Source: Nitrospirales bacterium
Lineage (GTDB): Bacteria; Nitrospirota; Nitrospiria; Nitrospirales; UBA8639
Length of the DNA: 64,000 bases
NCBI GenBank assembly: GCA_965203295.1
Contig: CBDBCZ010000011.1
Coordinates: forward strand, 352,001-416,000
Reading direction: 5' to 3'
The notes under the pieces are model-generated. The model was not told the DNA's origin. It ran no database searches and worked only from the letters and a program-made list of their open reading frames with translations. Each line of letters opens with the position of its first letter. Position 1 is the first letter of the stretch. Position numbers and translations under genes: made by a program. Below are positions 26,804 to 40,216 of the stretch, piece after piece.

Positions 26804-27759
26804 TCTCGATCAATCGGCTTCTGTAATGGCGTTAGTCAGCTCTCTACTCTTATACTAGTAACGGCTTTATGGCTTGGAGGAGGCAAGAATCAAATTTTGT
26901 CATTGAAGGTGTCCACAAAAAGCCACTGCATTTGTGAATAGAGTATGAAATTACAAACTACTTGCCACGTGTTATAGTAGCTATCTGATTGTGCTGGGTA
27001 ACTTTAACTGCACTATACTGTACTGAGGTAAGTATTATTAGCTATCAGCATGACACTGTATCAATGTTACCACATTCTATTTTCCTGGAATTGAACACAT
27101 TCTCGTATCGTTGTCATCCCTGACCTCTCAAACTCTCTGCATCACTGGGGGGGTTCTAGCCTCGTACCCAGGCCTGGATATGAGGTTTTATGGGTGCTCC
27201 TACTGTGACCACAGTGCATGCTTATTATCTACTGTGTGTTAATTACCCTCAGTGGACTAGACATGTCAATATCATCGAAGGCCAGGCTGCATGTAACAGT
27301 ATATGGTGTCTGGTGTTCTTTGTGAATGTGCCACATGTATAAACATGTATCATAATCGTGATACATGAGCAAAACTAGATATTGGTGAGCTGGAGGCATT
27401 GCGTATATAGATGACGTTTACAGCTATCTAGGTTTAGAAGCTCTATAGCAGCTACTTTTACTTAATTGGTCACCTAGTACCAAAACATACAAGGCTATAG
27501 CTAGCTTTAGATCATTGAAGAGTTTTTACTTTCCCCTTCATGGCACAAGGACCACATAGTTTATACCTGAGATTTAAAGATTAATTTTGCACTTGGGAGT
27601 GTCCATAAACCTGAGATTTAAAAATTAATTTTAAGTTTCCATAAAAATCATGACATTTGGAGTGTTCTATGATCATACAGTAACATGAAGCAAATGTGAT
27701 AGTTTACAGGAGCTCCTAATACTGTATGATGTAGCCATATTCACCTCAAAGTTTCTCAT

Positions 27760-27876
27760 ACTAACTCTGAGGTCGAGTTGTGAAGGTCTGTACTGTTGAA
27801 GGCGTCTCTCCAGTTGTCGTGAGAGTATTTCTTGCACACATATATTATATAGAGAAGGTTAATGATGGTCAACACT
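27760..27876 (-). pseudogene. Relic of the last exon of a further receptor copy
   Basis: aactctgagg..ggcgtctctccagttgtcgtgagagtat..agaaggttaatgatggtcaacact matches exon 6 of copies 3-5, with indels; abuts a LINE fragment. Confidence 0.6.
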
Positions 27877-27879
27877 GAA

Positions 27880-28432
27880 GTCTCCAGCGGTGCAGCCTCA
27901 CACTGAGGACAAGGTTGGCTGCCCCTTCAATGCTTGAAGACTCCTGGAAAGTGGCAGTCCGAAGTTCATAGTTACATCCAATAGTCTAGGCCACCCAACT
28001 CTCATTCAACCTCAGCAATAAGGGGGGCTTTGCCAGCACATCTCTCCGATAGCAGATTGCAATTCACTCTTCCTTCAGGCTTCTACTCCACTCCAGCTCT
28101 CCTTTCAACATCTTCTTCGTGTACAACGCTCCACACTGCTCCTCCAACTCCCGGCACTCCTTTGCCAAGCATAAAAAGTGATGCTATACGCACCATGACT
28201 CCACTACCCTAACACTCAAACTCTTCTGTTCAGCACTCAAAACCTGCTGCAGGAACCCCAACTTCCTCCCCAAAATCCTACTCTTCATTGATTGCACTCC
28301 AATCACCACCAGGGCAGCAGTGTCGCTGTGGTGCCTCGGCCACTTCACTACCCTCTTCACCAACTCAGTTTGGTAGGACTCCACTTCCTCCATCAAAGCT
28401 GGTGTCATCATTGTACGCACATGCGCATTCAA
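27880..28432 (-). mobile_element. Non-LTR retrotransposon (LINE) fragment, region C-terminal to reverse transcriptase
   Basis: ORF 28184-28432 EEVESYQTELVKRVVKWPRHHSDTAALVVIGVQSMKSRILGRKLGFLQQV resembles the post-RT region of LINE ORF2 (from memory); broken frames downstream. Confidence 0.55.
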
Positions 28433-28835
28433 AGTACACAGAGAGAGTAGACATTATGCAGTTAAAAGAGCCTTGTATTCCGGGGGTGAATTCCTTGTAG
28501 CTATAACTGCAGATGTATACTACCCAGCCTGGTCTGTCCACCCCCCATAACCAGTATAGAGGAGAGAGAGACCGTAATCACACAGGATGAAAAATATGGG
28601 TTAGGGAACAGGTTAGGGGGTGTCCTATCTGGGAGTTAGGGTAAGCATAACATCTCCACCTGTAGGAATCATGAGCAGGGAATATGTTTAAATATGACTA
28701 AAACAGTTACGATATGCCAGTTAGAGTATCTATGTTTTAACCACTTGCAATAAACGCAGCAGAATTACATTCTTACCGTCTTCAGGAATTCCAACACCCT
28801 ACCATTTCAAGGCTGGTGTTCCTATATTACCTTAA

Positions 28836-29020
28836 AGAGGTTCCCACCGTACATTGATGCCTTGAAAGCTATGTATGTCTGAGAGAGTTTTAAAATCATT
28901 TTCGAGGAGAATGTGATATATCTGAGACAGAGCAGACAGACCTCATGGGGACACCAATGGCCTAAACATTACCGCTTTAATATGACGACAATAGCAGCTG
29001 GGGACAAGTTGTGGGAATCT
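28836..29020. mobile_element. Short TTAA-flanked element (Kolobok-like MITE); degenerate second copy at about 29360-29535
   Basis: TTAA|AGAGGTTCCC ... GGGAATCT|TTAA; internal sequence repeated about 530 bp downstream. Confidence 0.45.
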
Positions 29021-30306
29021 TTAACTTTGGGGGGAGCGAGAGAAACAGATCTAGAGCCGACGAGAAATCCTTAATTAAAAGTGAACACGTGCAGTCTGCG
29101 CATGCGCAATTCGAGTCAATAGCCACGAGCCAGAGTTTATATTTATTTCTGCTCTCACCAGCCTTTGTTGCCTTGCTTGCCGTGCTTTGTATTGTCGTGT
29201 CAACTATGAGCGTCAGTTTGAGTCAACGTTCTGATACGAGCGCAATATCCCAGCTACTTGGTAAACGCTAGGCCCGCGAGACTATAGGTAAACGCAGCAG
29301 TAATACTCGGGATTTCCAAAACCCTGCTATTTTAGGGCTGGTGTTTGTATATTGGAATCTAAAGAGGTTCCTTCCATACATAGTGATTGATGCCTTGAAA
29401 GTTATGTGTGAGGGAGTTTTAAAATCTTTTAGTGTGTTGTCTGCATGCATGCATGAGACAGGACAAAATTCATGGGGGTATGCACCAATGGCCTACTTAT
29501 GAAGACAATAGCAGGGACAAGATGTGAATCTTCAACTTTTAGAAGCTGCTTACTGAACTTGCTATAGTACTTGCTCATGTAGAGTAAGAGAATAATGCAA
29601 CGCCAAAGCAGATTGATTTCGTCCAATGCTTTCTGGCTCATAGCTATTACTATTTTCAGACAACAGGAGCTTAAATCATCCTAGCATGCAGTACTAGTAG
29701 CTGCAAGCCATTGTGCTCTTCATGATTGTAATGATTTTGCGATTCAGTGAGGCACGCACTTAGCTATATACGAATTCATCTCTCTCATGCTCTTGATTGA
29801 AGAGTTTCAGAATCTGTTTTCCTTCATGGCATAAGGTTCACTTTGTACCTAACTACACCTCAAGACAAACCGAAATAATTAGATTACCACAAGCTCTGCT
29901 TGTTAGGCGCACCTCGCTATTAGAGGCATAAAATTTTATTACGTGCATGCTTCCTTCCCAGTCAGGGGCACCATTAGTTTAGCGCATGCTAAGAGATGCC
30001 AAAACACTCTTGTGAACTCCCTAAGCTAGGTACATGCCTGACTGCAGCTTTTAGCAAAGCAGCCGCACATCAGTCATGAGTGTTTTCAGCTTCTTGGTTA
30101 AACAGAAGGTACATTAGTTCATAGAAAAATCTGTTAGTTTCCAGAAAAAATATTATACACAGTACATGGGAGGTATTGTATAAAGAGTATGATCATGTAT
30201 AATGTCCTGCCAGAACATATTATAGAATTTGATGCATGTATTACTGATATGGGAGCTCTTATCTAACTTGCATGATTATCTCATTAAACGAAGCACGTAG
30301 CTATAA

Positions 30307-33300
30307 TTACAGTGTTTCTGCACTGCTAGCAACTCTGAAGTTGAGCTGTGTGAGGCTATGTTGTGTACGGCGTCTCTCCAATGGCCGTGAGAGTATCTTC
30401 TTTATCTCTTGAACATTCAATATGTATAGAAGGTTGAAAATGGGAAACATTCCAAGAAAGCAGAGGCCAATTGTAAATACGGTTCGGCCATCAAACTCTT
30501 CGAAATTTCGTTCACAAACTTTTTTGTTGGGGTTGAAACCAGTTGATTCACAATGAAAATAGTCAGAAACAGCTTTAACATATTGTGAATAGTTGGAGGC
30601 TGGAACGGTCAGGGCAGCTAGAATGAAAGCACCTAGGAAGATGTAATAGCATAAAGCAAGGAGGATTTTGATCTCTGGCTTGTTCATACGCAGCTGTTGT
30701 CTGATGTTTTTACATTTTTCCTTAATATTCCAACCCTGCAAGTGGAAACGCATAATTTATGTCAATGATGCATTAGTCATGATCGGATAGCATCAAAGTA
30801 ATCACCTTTTCTTCAACAACCTCTTTCTGTTGTGGAGACTTTGTCCTGCGCACAAGAACCAAAAACATTATTACAATCAGAGATATTCCAATTCCAATTA
30901 GCAGAAATGAAGGTAGTGCTGTAGTATAGAACAGAACATCTATATTCTTAGCAACACAAATAAAGGGAGGTGAAAAAGGAGCAGCACTCCCTCCAGTAGC
31001 AATAACAACAGCTGCTGGTATAGCCGGAAGAACAATTGCCACGACCACCATTCCAATGTGAAGGTATTTAAAGTGGCCTTTCTTTTGAAGGCCTCTTGCA
31101 TGAAAAGGAAACATCATGCCCCAGAGTACTCCAGCGATGTGCGTGCACCAGAAAATACCCGCTGAGATGTATGCATAATGAAACACTGCACCTGTAAAAA
31201 AGACACAATAATTACAATATGTACATACATATAGACTGGAATACAGTGGTACCCCTATCAAAGGACACCCCTGAAATAAGGACACAATGCTATGTCCCCA
31301 GTATGAGACACCTCTCTTTAAAAGGACACTTTACCAGTTCCTCAAGATGTCCACAATAGAGGGGTTACACTGTACAATGTATTCACATCTCCGCAATATG
31401 AGTTCAGAAACTGGCTTCAGCTTAATACAATATTTCAGATGTGAAAACAATTAATGCTATAGTGATCAATCGCTAATAGCCTTTAAAAGTTTTATTTTTG
31501 CTGGGAGAGCAACACAGTTTCATGCTAAGAGGCTAGGTATAGCTACTGTAGCATATACCTTGAAGGTTGCAGTAAAATGTTGAACTTTGAAATGCACTTT
31601 CCAGTAAGTTTTGTGACTTGCAGAATAACTTCTTTCTGTTTGTGTAGCCAATTAATAAAAAAATTTCAACCAGGCCCATGGCTAACAGTTCATATAGAAC
31701 GAATACTGCCGGAAAATTGAACCTACATGAAGAATTGAGAGGAATGAAAATATACAGGCGATACATGACATTGTGTTAGAATTTAACTTACATGCGCTCG
31801 TACTGAATGCAAGAGAGCACCAGTGCCACTGCAGCAGAAGCAATGTATACAACTGCTTGAAACACAAGCGCAACATCTGTGATCACAACAGTCTCATGAG
31901 GCAACCCTTCCCACTCTCCACACTTCGGCTGGCATGTTCCTCCAGCATCATAGAAGCCATCACTGCACACTAGTGCAGGAGTAACATTGGGTCGTGACGA
32001 CATGTCAGCAGCTCCACTAGTTGAACTCTCATCAGTTGTGTTGCCTACAATATTTGAATCATAACTTCACACCATAATATTATACTCATACCAAGAAAGA
32101 ATTTTTATGTGGTATGCAGCAGATTAATACACGCACTAAGACATGCATACCTGAACATATTAAGGTGATGTTTGGGAATGATTCACATGGTGGTACTGGA
32201 AAACTTGCATTTAACAAAATAGCTCGTTGAAACTCTGGTGCACATGTGTTCATGAGCACATTGCAGTCCTCCAAAGAGGGTAGATAAAGTTCTCTAGTGC
32301 TGTTGTCACAAATTCCAAAGATTGAGAAACAGATGAATGGTACAATTGCCTCACTGCAGTTGTCACTTGGGGTTAGCAGCTGCAAGCCTGTTAGAAGTTG
32401 CATGGCCTGTGTCTCCAGCTCTTGCTGGGGCTCCCTCATAGGTATAAATATGTCACTATCTCCAACACCAATAAGACACTCCTGCTGTGCTTGCAAGTGT
32501 TCTCTGCATACAGCACCAGTATAGACCACTGGAGTGCAGAATGATTCATTTGTGCTGACTCCTCCTTCACTTGCGACAGGAATATCCTGAATCAAAGAGC
32601 TTCTTATGATATATACACTTAAAACAGACTGTTGACCAGGTAATAGTAATACTATAATACTAATTTTGCTGCCGTAGTGCATAATTATATATAACCCTTG
32701 CCAGCACACCCACATGTGCATGCGGAGCTTGAAGATCTCCTGTCAGAGGACAAGAGCAAGAGCAACCAGATATTTCACCATCCTGATCACCTATAATTTA
32801 TTCTTCCTAGTGTCCCAAATTAACAACACAAACTCTTAATAAAACTATAAAATCATATAATATCTATCCCAAAAGCTAGCTTGTAATCGAATACGGCAGA
32901 AATACACGGGCATGGCTCACACATCTTTCATGCTTTACAGAGCCAGCTGCTCCACCATGCAGGCAGGTCAGTCTCCACTCTCCACTCTCCAGTCTCCAGG
33001 GTCTAGGGTCTAGGGTCTAGGGTCTAGGGTCTAGGGTCTAGGGTCTAGGGTCCCATTCGTAAATAATGTACCGTGGGTACGTCTCTACTGGAGACGTCTA
33101 GTTACCATGGAAACGAGTAGCTCTACTTTATGGTTGCCAATTAAAAAGTGAACCCTGACACAGATTTTGGATAAAACCATTTCTAAAGTCGTGTTCATAA
33201 GTCATAAATGGCACTGTGAGATGGCATGCACGTGTACTAGTCTATAACATATAGGTGTAGGAATGGGACAGTCAGGAGATTAGCAAAATTCTGTGCCATC

Positions 33301-33762
33301 TGCAGAATATCGTTGGTGCATGTGTAACGGTGAGCTGGCTTTGTCTGGCTGCTTGATGGCGGAGCCTCACTCTGGGCTAGACACTGTAGCTACTAGTGAA
33401 AACTAAGAGCCATACATTCTGTGTGGCACACGCATCATTCATCACGTGGCCCACAAAATAGGTCAATGCAGGAATTAAAGCGAGAGAGTAGAATAGCGAG
33501 CTGCTACAAGAACGATTCCTGTTTTCCAGGAAAACTCCTGGGCAGAACTAGTATCGGCTACATCACAGCCTCTGATCTGCCCCTCTCAAAGAAAATGTTC
33601 CTACATCAATATAATATGATTATTCATGCATTTACTTACTCGAGGAAGGTGATAGAAGATTATGGGTAGAGCCAGAAGGAACCAGAACATGACAATCACT
33701 GCCACAGCTATCACCAGCCCTGTCCACCTCCTAGGCTTGGACTGCGATTCTTTGCCACCCAT
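30307..33762 (-). CDS. Frizzled-CRD + 7TM receptor-like protein, copy 5 (596 aa)
   Basis: Exons 33640-33762, 32151-32586, 31792-32044, 31559-31722, 30806-31191, 30307-30735; GT-AG; total 1791 nt, in frame. Confidence 0.85.
31244..31372. mobile_element. Tigger/pogo-like MITE in intron 4 of receptor copy 5
   Basis: TA|CAGTGGTACCCCT ... AGGGGTTACACTG|TA with AAGGACAC/GTGTCC motifs; related to 42100-42663 and 63583-63749; absent from the paralogous introns. Confidence 0.75.
32995..33053 (+). repeat. (TCTAGGG)7 telomere-like heptamer tandem repeat
   Basis: Seven perfect TCTAGGG units at 33002-33050. Confidence 0.95.
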
Positions 33763-35690
33763 TTTCAATCAGTCGATCGGCTTCTGTACTGGTGTTTGGA
33801 CACACAATGTACACTCATGTCAGAGTAGAATATGAAATTCCAATCCACTTGCTACGTGTATCTGACCATGGTACATGTAACTAGAACTACTGTGGGTAAA
33901 ACAATTATCCACATGACACTGTATCTTGTTACCACATTCTGTTTTCTTGGAATTGAATACATTGTTAGTCATTCCTGACCTCCTAAACTCTCTACATCAC
34001 TGCATGGGTGTTCCCACAGTGACTGCAGTGCCTATATATAGCCATACTATATGGTCTGTTAATAATTATCCTCAGCAATGTTATTGCACATCCATTGAAG
34101 TACAGTGTATATACTGTTACTGAGTATATCTATAAACCACTGACAGTGCATGTTGGTCTTTGCGCATGTGGCATAGAGCCATTTATATTTGAACATAAGT
34201 ATATAGGTATTATGATACATGAGGAGTATTACATGGTGAACTGGAGGCAACATAGCTAGACAACACTTAAACAGCTAGCCATAGTTTGTTTCTTTTTTGG
34301 AAACATAATTAATTCATGGACTGGCTATTTGTTGTTTTCGTATAATGGACTATTGTTAATGGTTTATTAATTTAAATTGTTAGTTTTTTCTTCAGTCGTG
34401 GACTACTTGCATGCAGTGCTCCTGAATTTGAGACTATACGGTACAATATTCCTTGCTATCTCCTACAGGGTTTGGAGGTAAGCTCTCAAAAGTAGTTCCT
34501 ACATACATCGGCCACAAAGTCAAGTATGAAAGTCTTATAAGATTAGGCAAAACCACAGAAAGAAGTTATACAGCTTTGTACGTTTACCTGGTTGAAAAAC
34601 ATGTTTTAATTGGCTATAATTATGTGCATGAAGAGGAGAACTGTTGGGAGTTAGACCTTCTCTTATTAGGTGGACACAGTAAACTGTTGTGTAGTATGTT
34701 TGGCTCAGCTTAATTTGAAGCGCAGACTGCAAGTGGATCAAAAGTTACGGGTGCAAAAAAAGTTAGGAACAGTTTTGCTGCATGCATGGTGTTTTTTTTT
34801 TATTCCAGCAAAATTTATTCATCAACCAAAGTTTTTTTATTGACTTCCTTGCTCAGGAACACTGTCGAGGTAGCTACACAAACCCAACAGTTACATGTAC
34901 CATGATTGGAAAGTTTACCGAAGCTACGGTCGTCGATTGCAATTTTGGCGAAACAGAAAATTGGCTTGACTTTGCTCCCGTGGTTCATTACCTGTCTCGC
35001 GCGCCGCTCACTACTGAGTTTTCATACGGGGAGGGACTACATGTACGTGTTCGACGACATGAGGGTGGAGCTCGCATCCGGTAGAAGGTGGGGCTGCCGT
35101 TCAGCTGAGTGGCGGGGAGCTAACTGAACTGCGCGCTATCTCCACTGCCCAGTGTTCGTGCGTTAGCTTCATTAGCAGTAGTACGCAACTTCGCACAGAG
35201 TCTGAGACTCAGTAATACTTTAATTTGAAAATTAGACAATAATTCCGAGCGAAGCGAGGCTATACTCCGGTTCCATTGACCTTTTTCGTCGTCGTCGTCG
35301 TCGTCATGGTCCACGTCCCTCTCAGCCACTTCTCCAGATATATAGCCTATCAAACTCGCAGCAAACACTTACCTTCGTTACAGAACTCTGTACGAGAGAC
35401 TTGGAAGCGCTCACTATTACAGCGGGTCTGCTTCAGCCTGTGGTCTTCCAGGCGCATTATTGCACGTAGCCATTTTTTATTTGGGGTTGTAGGCGTGCCC
35501 TGTTACGTTTGACCTTTTTCGATTTCTGCTTGGTAGGCGCGTCACAATATATGTGCCACACCCAGCAATTCTCGCGAAGCGAGGACATCCCTGCACATTG
35601 TGTATCACTAGTATAACCGCACAACAAAGGAAGAGTCACGAGATGCATACTAGCGTAATATCTATGAGCGAACTCCACCTATCTCGCGCC

Positions 35691-38600
35691 ATGGCTACTA
35701 GTACTCCAGTAATGCGACCGCCCGACCTCAGCAACCCGGGTGTCGCTGCTCTTGTACGTGAGCTATACCCCTTCACAAAGGTACATCAGCGTCTACGTGT
35801 ACAGAGAGCAATTACTATTCAGTGTGCATAGGCAGCCTAGCGTGCCTATGGGTCTATACTATTCTCGCGTGCCAGTGATCGAGTAACTACCCAGACTTAC
35901 TCCTCTCTCCCCCCCCCCCCCCCACCCACCCCGAGTGAGGCTAGCACGCGAGATTAGACCTATAGGCCGGTAGAGTCAGGCAGGGATACTCCTTCTATAG
36001 CTATGCTGAGTAGCATAGTTGCTATATAGATATAGGTAGAATATCTATGGCTATTGAGACTAGTTAGCCAATGGGGACAGGCTTTTGAGACCAGTAGCTA
36101 CTAGTCATGAAATAAGAACAGGTTATAATGTAATTAGCCATCTGTATACTTTCTGTATTGATGCAATCAATCAAATTTTCTCGATCCCCTGCATTAGCAG
36201 GAGTGCGGTTAGTGATTTTGAGGGTGGTGTATAGTGTGGTTGGTTCCTAGTCTCGCGTAGCAGGACTCTCGACGGGAAAGTTAGAGTCTGGTACAGATGC
36301 TGTAGTGGACTCGTCGATCTGGAATGCGGGCATTGTGATATGATGGCACACGCAGAAAGAGATCCTACAGTGGACCTGCTATTGGATTGGTCAGACCATA
36401 CCATTCTTTTTATGATGTTTTACAAAGCTTGAAACTGATTAGCTTACAGTGCACACTGCGAGACAGACAAAACCACTACGGCGTCTGTACCGGACCCTCC
36501 GTTTAGCACGAAGGGCGGGGTACTCCAGTCTAGTTGGTTCCATGGGGATAGGCTCAGATGTGAAGTTTGGGGATTTCTTCAATAGAGCCTCCTACATGCA
36601 GAGTTTCAGATTTTGGTCTTCAATAGGTGGGCCACACAATTTACATATTCACTGATCATGTGGTATGTATAGGTTAGTGACCTCAGGCAGGTATCTTAAC
36701 TGTTTTAGAGACCTGAGGGATGCTACCTATCCGAGGTGACTATAGGTTCATCCCAAAGGTCTCTAAAACAGCTAAGATATACCTGCCTGAGGTCACCAAC
36801 TAACTTAGATTATGGTTCCAGCTTTCATTTTCTCAATATTATATGAAATACAAATTTTGGATGATGTGTCTTAGTGATTTTAAAGACCTCAACAGATCAA
36901 AACATATTATGTGCACCATTAATTGTCTAAATGTGGACAAGTGAACATCCCAACTCAAGATAAAGAGGAAATTAGCCAGCCCACAGACCAGCTGGGACCC
37001 TTCTGGCAGCCAGAGGAGTGTGTACTCTGACAAAGGGCTTTGGCTCAGGGGTAGACTTCAAATGCCTATAAAGCACACCCGTATAAACTGAACCCAGAAT
37101 ACTGTGGGATATTGTTATACCCTGTAGTGCTGCTGTGTCTAGCTATGTCTAGCTTGTGGTTACGAAATACTCTATCCAAAATAATATCAAGTATATGTAA
37201 CCACATTATGTAGCCACATACCCAGGCGCATTCCCACATTATGATGTAACAGGTCTCAGGCCTTCTGAGAGTTTCAAATTGTGTACATGTAGTTATACCA
37301 ACGCATGTAAACCTACTAAATGCAAATGCATTCCCAACTTGATGTGAAAGGGAAGGACATAACATAGCTCTCAAATTTCATGCAGGGACACTGAATTTCA
37401 AGTAACTAGTCTTAGATCTTAGACACAGCACAGACTATGTGCAGAAGCACATAATGGCGTAAGAAAAGCGCAAGAGAGTATGAGCAGGAAAATGCTTGAC
37501 AGTAAAGAGTCACCGGCGGCTTTGGCAGGGTTGCTGAACGTTGTAGGGAGTAGTATGCGTTACTAGACGGCTATGAGCTTCCATTTTAAGCCATCCACAA
37601 GCTAACAGTCTATAGTGCGTGTGTGTCCAAAATAGTAACTGAGCTACCATGGGAAAACTTTCGAATTTTATCTTTCAAGTGGGTGCTTCCCGCTCCTACT
37701 CTCTTACACTTTTCTTACGTCATTATGCGCTCCTGGTAAGTGTGATTACCTTTCCAACTCTATGAAATTGGAGACCACTATATGGTGGGTCATTGCAATA
37801 TAGGTAACTTAGAGCGATTCATAGTATACATGTATATTTTGTTCATCTCCGTGAAGGTTGAGGAGAAATCTGTGAAGCAGTTCCCCAGTTATGATGACAG
37901 GAATTTCTACTTCCAAGGCACTTTAAGTGATAGTTTTGTGCCTGGCTGCAGTGAAAGGGTTGAGGAAAACAAGATGGGTTTGGAAGAATTTGTATTGAAA
38001 ATAAATTCCACCGCATTCATTCCATGCAAAATCCTTGATTCCCTGAACAACATTATGAATCACTTGAAAGGGAAAGAAGTTCGATGTCCGTATCCACTGA
38101 AGAGCAAGAATGGAAAGCTGTTAGAAATATGCAGTGAGAGTCAACTGTTGAGGAGTGAAGGAAGTTGTGAATCAAGCGGCAAGGAGAGGGAGTTTGGTGT
38201 TCGCGTCCTGATCTTCCTTCCTGGGGAATTGCTGGACAAGATTGATAGAGTTCACGTCACACCAAAGCTCATGTTCGAGACTGGACAATACTTTGGGAAA
38301 CTTGATGCTGCACTTCAGGTATGCGTGATGTATATGGTTCATACTAAGTCTTATTATCTTTGTGTGTGTGCCTGAGCAGAAAGGTTAAAGCAAACATGCA
38401 TAGAAAAATTTTGCATAATTTTTTGGGGCTTTCTAGAATTGGTAGACTGGAATTGGTAGACTGGACTATTAGTAGTGGTACACCAATCATCGGATCGACT
38501 TATCAGAATCGGCAGATAAAAGCACTTCCATGCAAGCTGTATCGTATTGCTAAATCTACTGATATTACTAGGCGGATATTCACGCATGTGCAGTATCCAT

Positions 38601-40216
38601 CAGAGGAGGTTACATGTAGAAGCAATCACATGTATGCCAATAATGGATGAAGATAACTAATAGCATTCCATTGAGAAGAATACGGAAGGTATGGGGAGTT
38701 ATACGCTATCCGACCTAAAGAACGATTTGTAGCTTTACAACCTTTGAGGAGACGGATGGGGACGCCCCCTCAAAATCGTTGGCTTGCAAGTATGGAGCTG
38801 TACTGCAGAAGATTGGGCTTTAATGCAGTGGATTCTTAGTTGAGCTTGCAAAATATTTTGTAAAGCTATGGTATGGTAGCAGTTTGGACACTCACTACTT
38901 TTGTGCAACATCTGCCATCATCCAGCTCTATAGATCCAGATCGATCAACTACACATATATAGTTCAATTAACTATGCTGCTGTGAAAAAAACATAAAATA
39001 TCTGCCAATTTCAACAACGAAATAAGCGAAAAGAGTTGAGAGTCTCACCCATGCATATGACAAATCGGTGAGACTCTACTTTGAAGGCTGCTAAACTTAC
39101 ACAAGGTCACTTATGCAGGGGACTATTATTTGTCAAATGCATGGGTGAGACTCTCAACTCTTCGCTTATTTTGTTGTTTCACTACGGTTTAAAATTGTTG
39201 TATCGGTTATTGAAATTGGCAGATATTTTATCAGTTATCGGATTATTGGTAATAATCAGTATCAGTACAACAATAACTATTAGACTGGTCTACTGGACTG
39301 GAATAACATGTAATGGCATTTTTCTGCATGAAAACTCACGTGGATGGAGGCCAGTACATGTAGGTAAATATACTTAGAACCTGCGAGGATTACTGGCTAA
39401 GCACCTTATGGTCGGGCTGGAAGCTGCTGTAGATAATATCACTCTGGTTACTTAGCTCTGTAGAACTGTTATGGACAACTTAGCGGAAATTTGTTGAAAC
39501 TATATATAGCTACAGCAGTGTGCCAGCTACTCACTTCCTTGGCCTGTAGGAAAGTCACATTATGATGATTAGCTAATAGTATTTATTCTTAATTCATGCA
39601 GGATTTTCATCACCCTGCAACTTTAAACCGAGAGCTCTATTGGGACCTCAAGCACTTTCTCACTCTTAGGAGTCTCCTTTCTTCTGTTAAAGACTCAAAG
39701 AACAGAAGCATGGCTGAATCAGTGTTTCAGAAGTTTGAGGAACACGTGTTACCAAAGTTTACGTCCCTAAGACAAGGCATAATTCATGGGGATGCCAATG
39801 GTGAAAATATCATTGTCGTGAAGGAAAATGGCTGCTATAAAATATCGGGCATCATCGACTTTGGTGACTGTGTGCAGACTTGCTACGTATTCGAACTTGC
39901 CATAATGCTCGCTTACGCGATGGTAGAGAATGAAAATCCACTGCAGCTCTCTTGTCCGATGCTCTCCGGCTATTTACAGACTTTTCCCATGAGTGAGGAG
40001 GAGCTGGACTGCCTCTACTACTGTGTCCTTGCTCGACTCTGCCAATCTGCTGTGGTCGGTGAACACAAGTTCAAGCAGGAGCCTTGGAATACGTATCTGC
40101 TCACCACCCCTGCAAAGGCCTGGCAAGTGATGGGAGTGATTTTTGCCACTCCAAGGAACGAGATAGAGAAGCTATGGGCTCGTGCTAGACAAATGCAGAG
40201 CGAATCAGTGCACTGA
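35691..40216 (+). CDS. HYKK: Hydroxylysine kinase-like (APH/choline-kinase fold), copy A (388 aa)
   Basis: Exons 35691-35780, 37857-38318, 39602-40216; motifs SYDDRNF, FVLKI, WDLK, IHGDANGENI, IIDFGD, ARLCQS, EPWNTYLL, typical of HYKK/AGPHD1. Confidence 0.9.
37442..37735. mobile_element. MITE with ~45-bp imperfect TIRs in HYKK A intron 1
   Basis: CAGAAGCACATAATGGCGTAAGAAAAGCGCAAGAGAGTA vs TACTCTCTTACACTTTTCTTACGTCATTATGCGCTCCTG. Confidence 0.65.

Noticed and set aside
1..33762. Calling the receptors Frizzled or Smoothened orthologs
   Set aside because: No KTxxxW motif, atypical cysteine pattern and unrecognisable TM motifs; only the CRD resemblance is supported.
34740..35550. CpG-rich region with short ORFs and a (GTC)n run upstream of HYKK A
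   Set aside because: No recognisable protein and no matching pair of termini found; probably a TE relic or promoter region.
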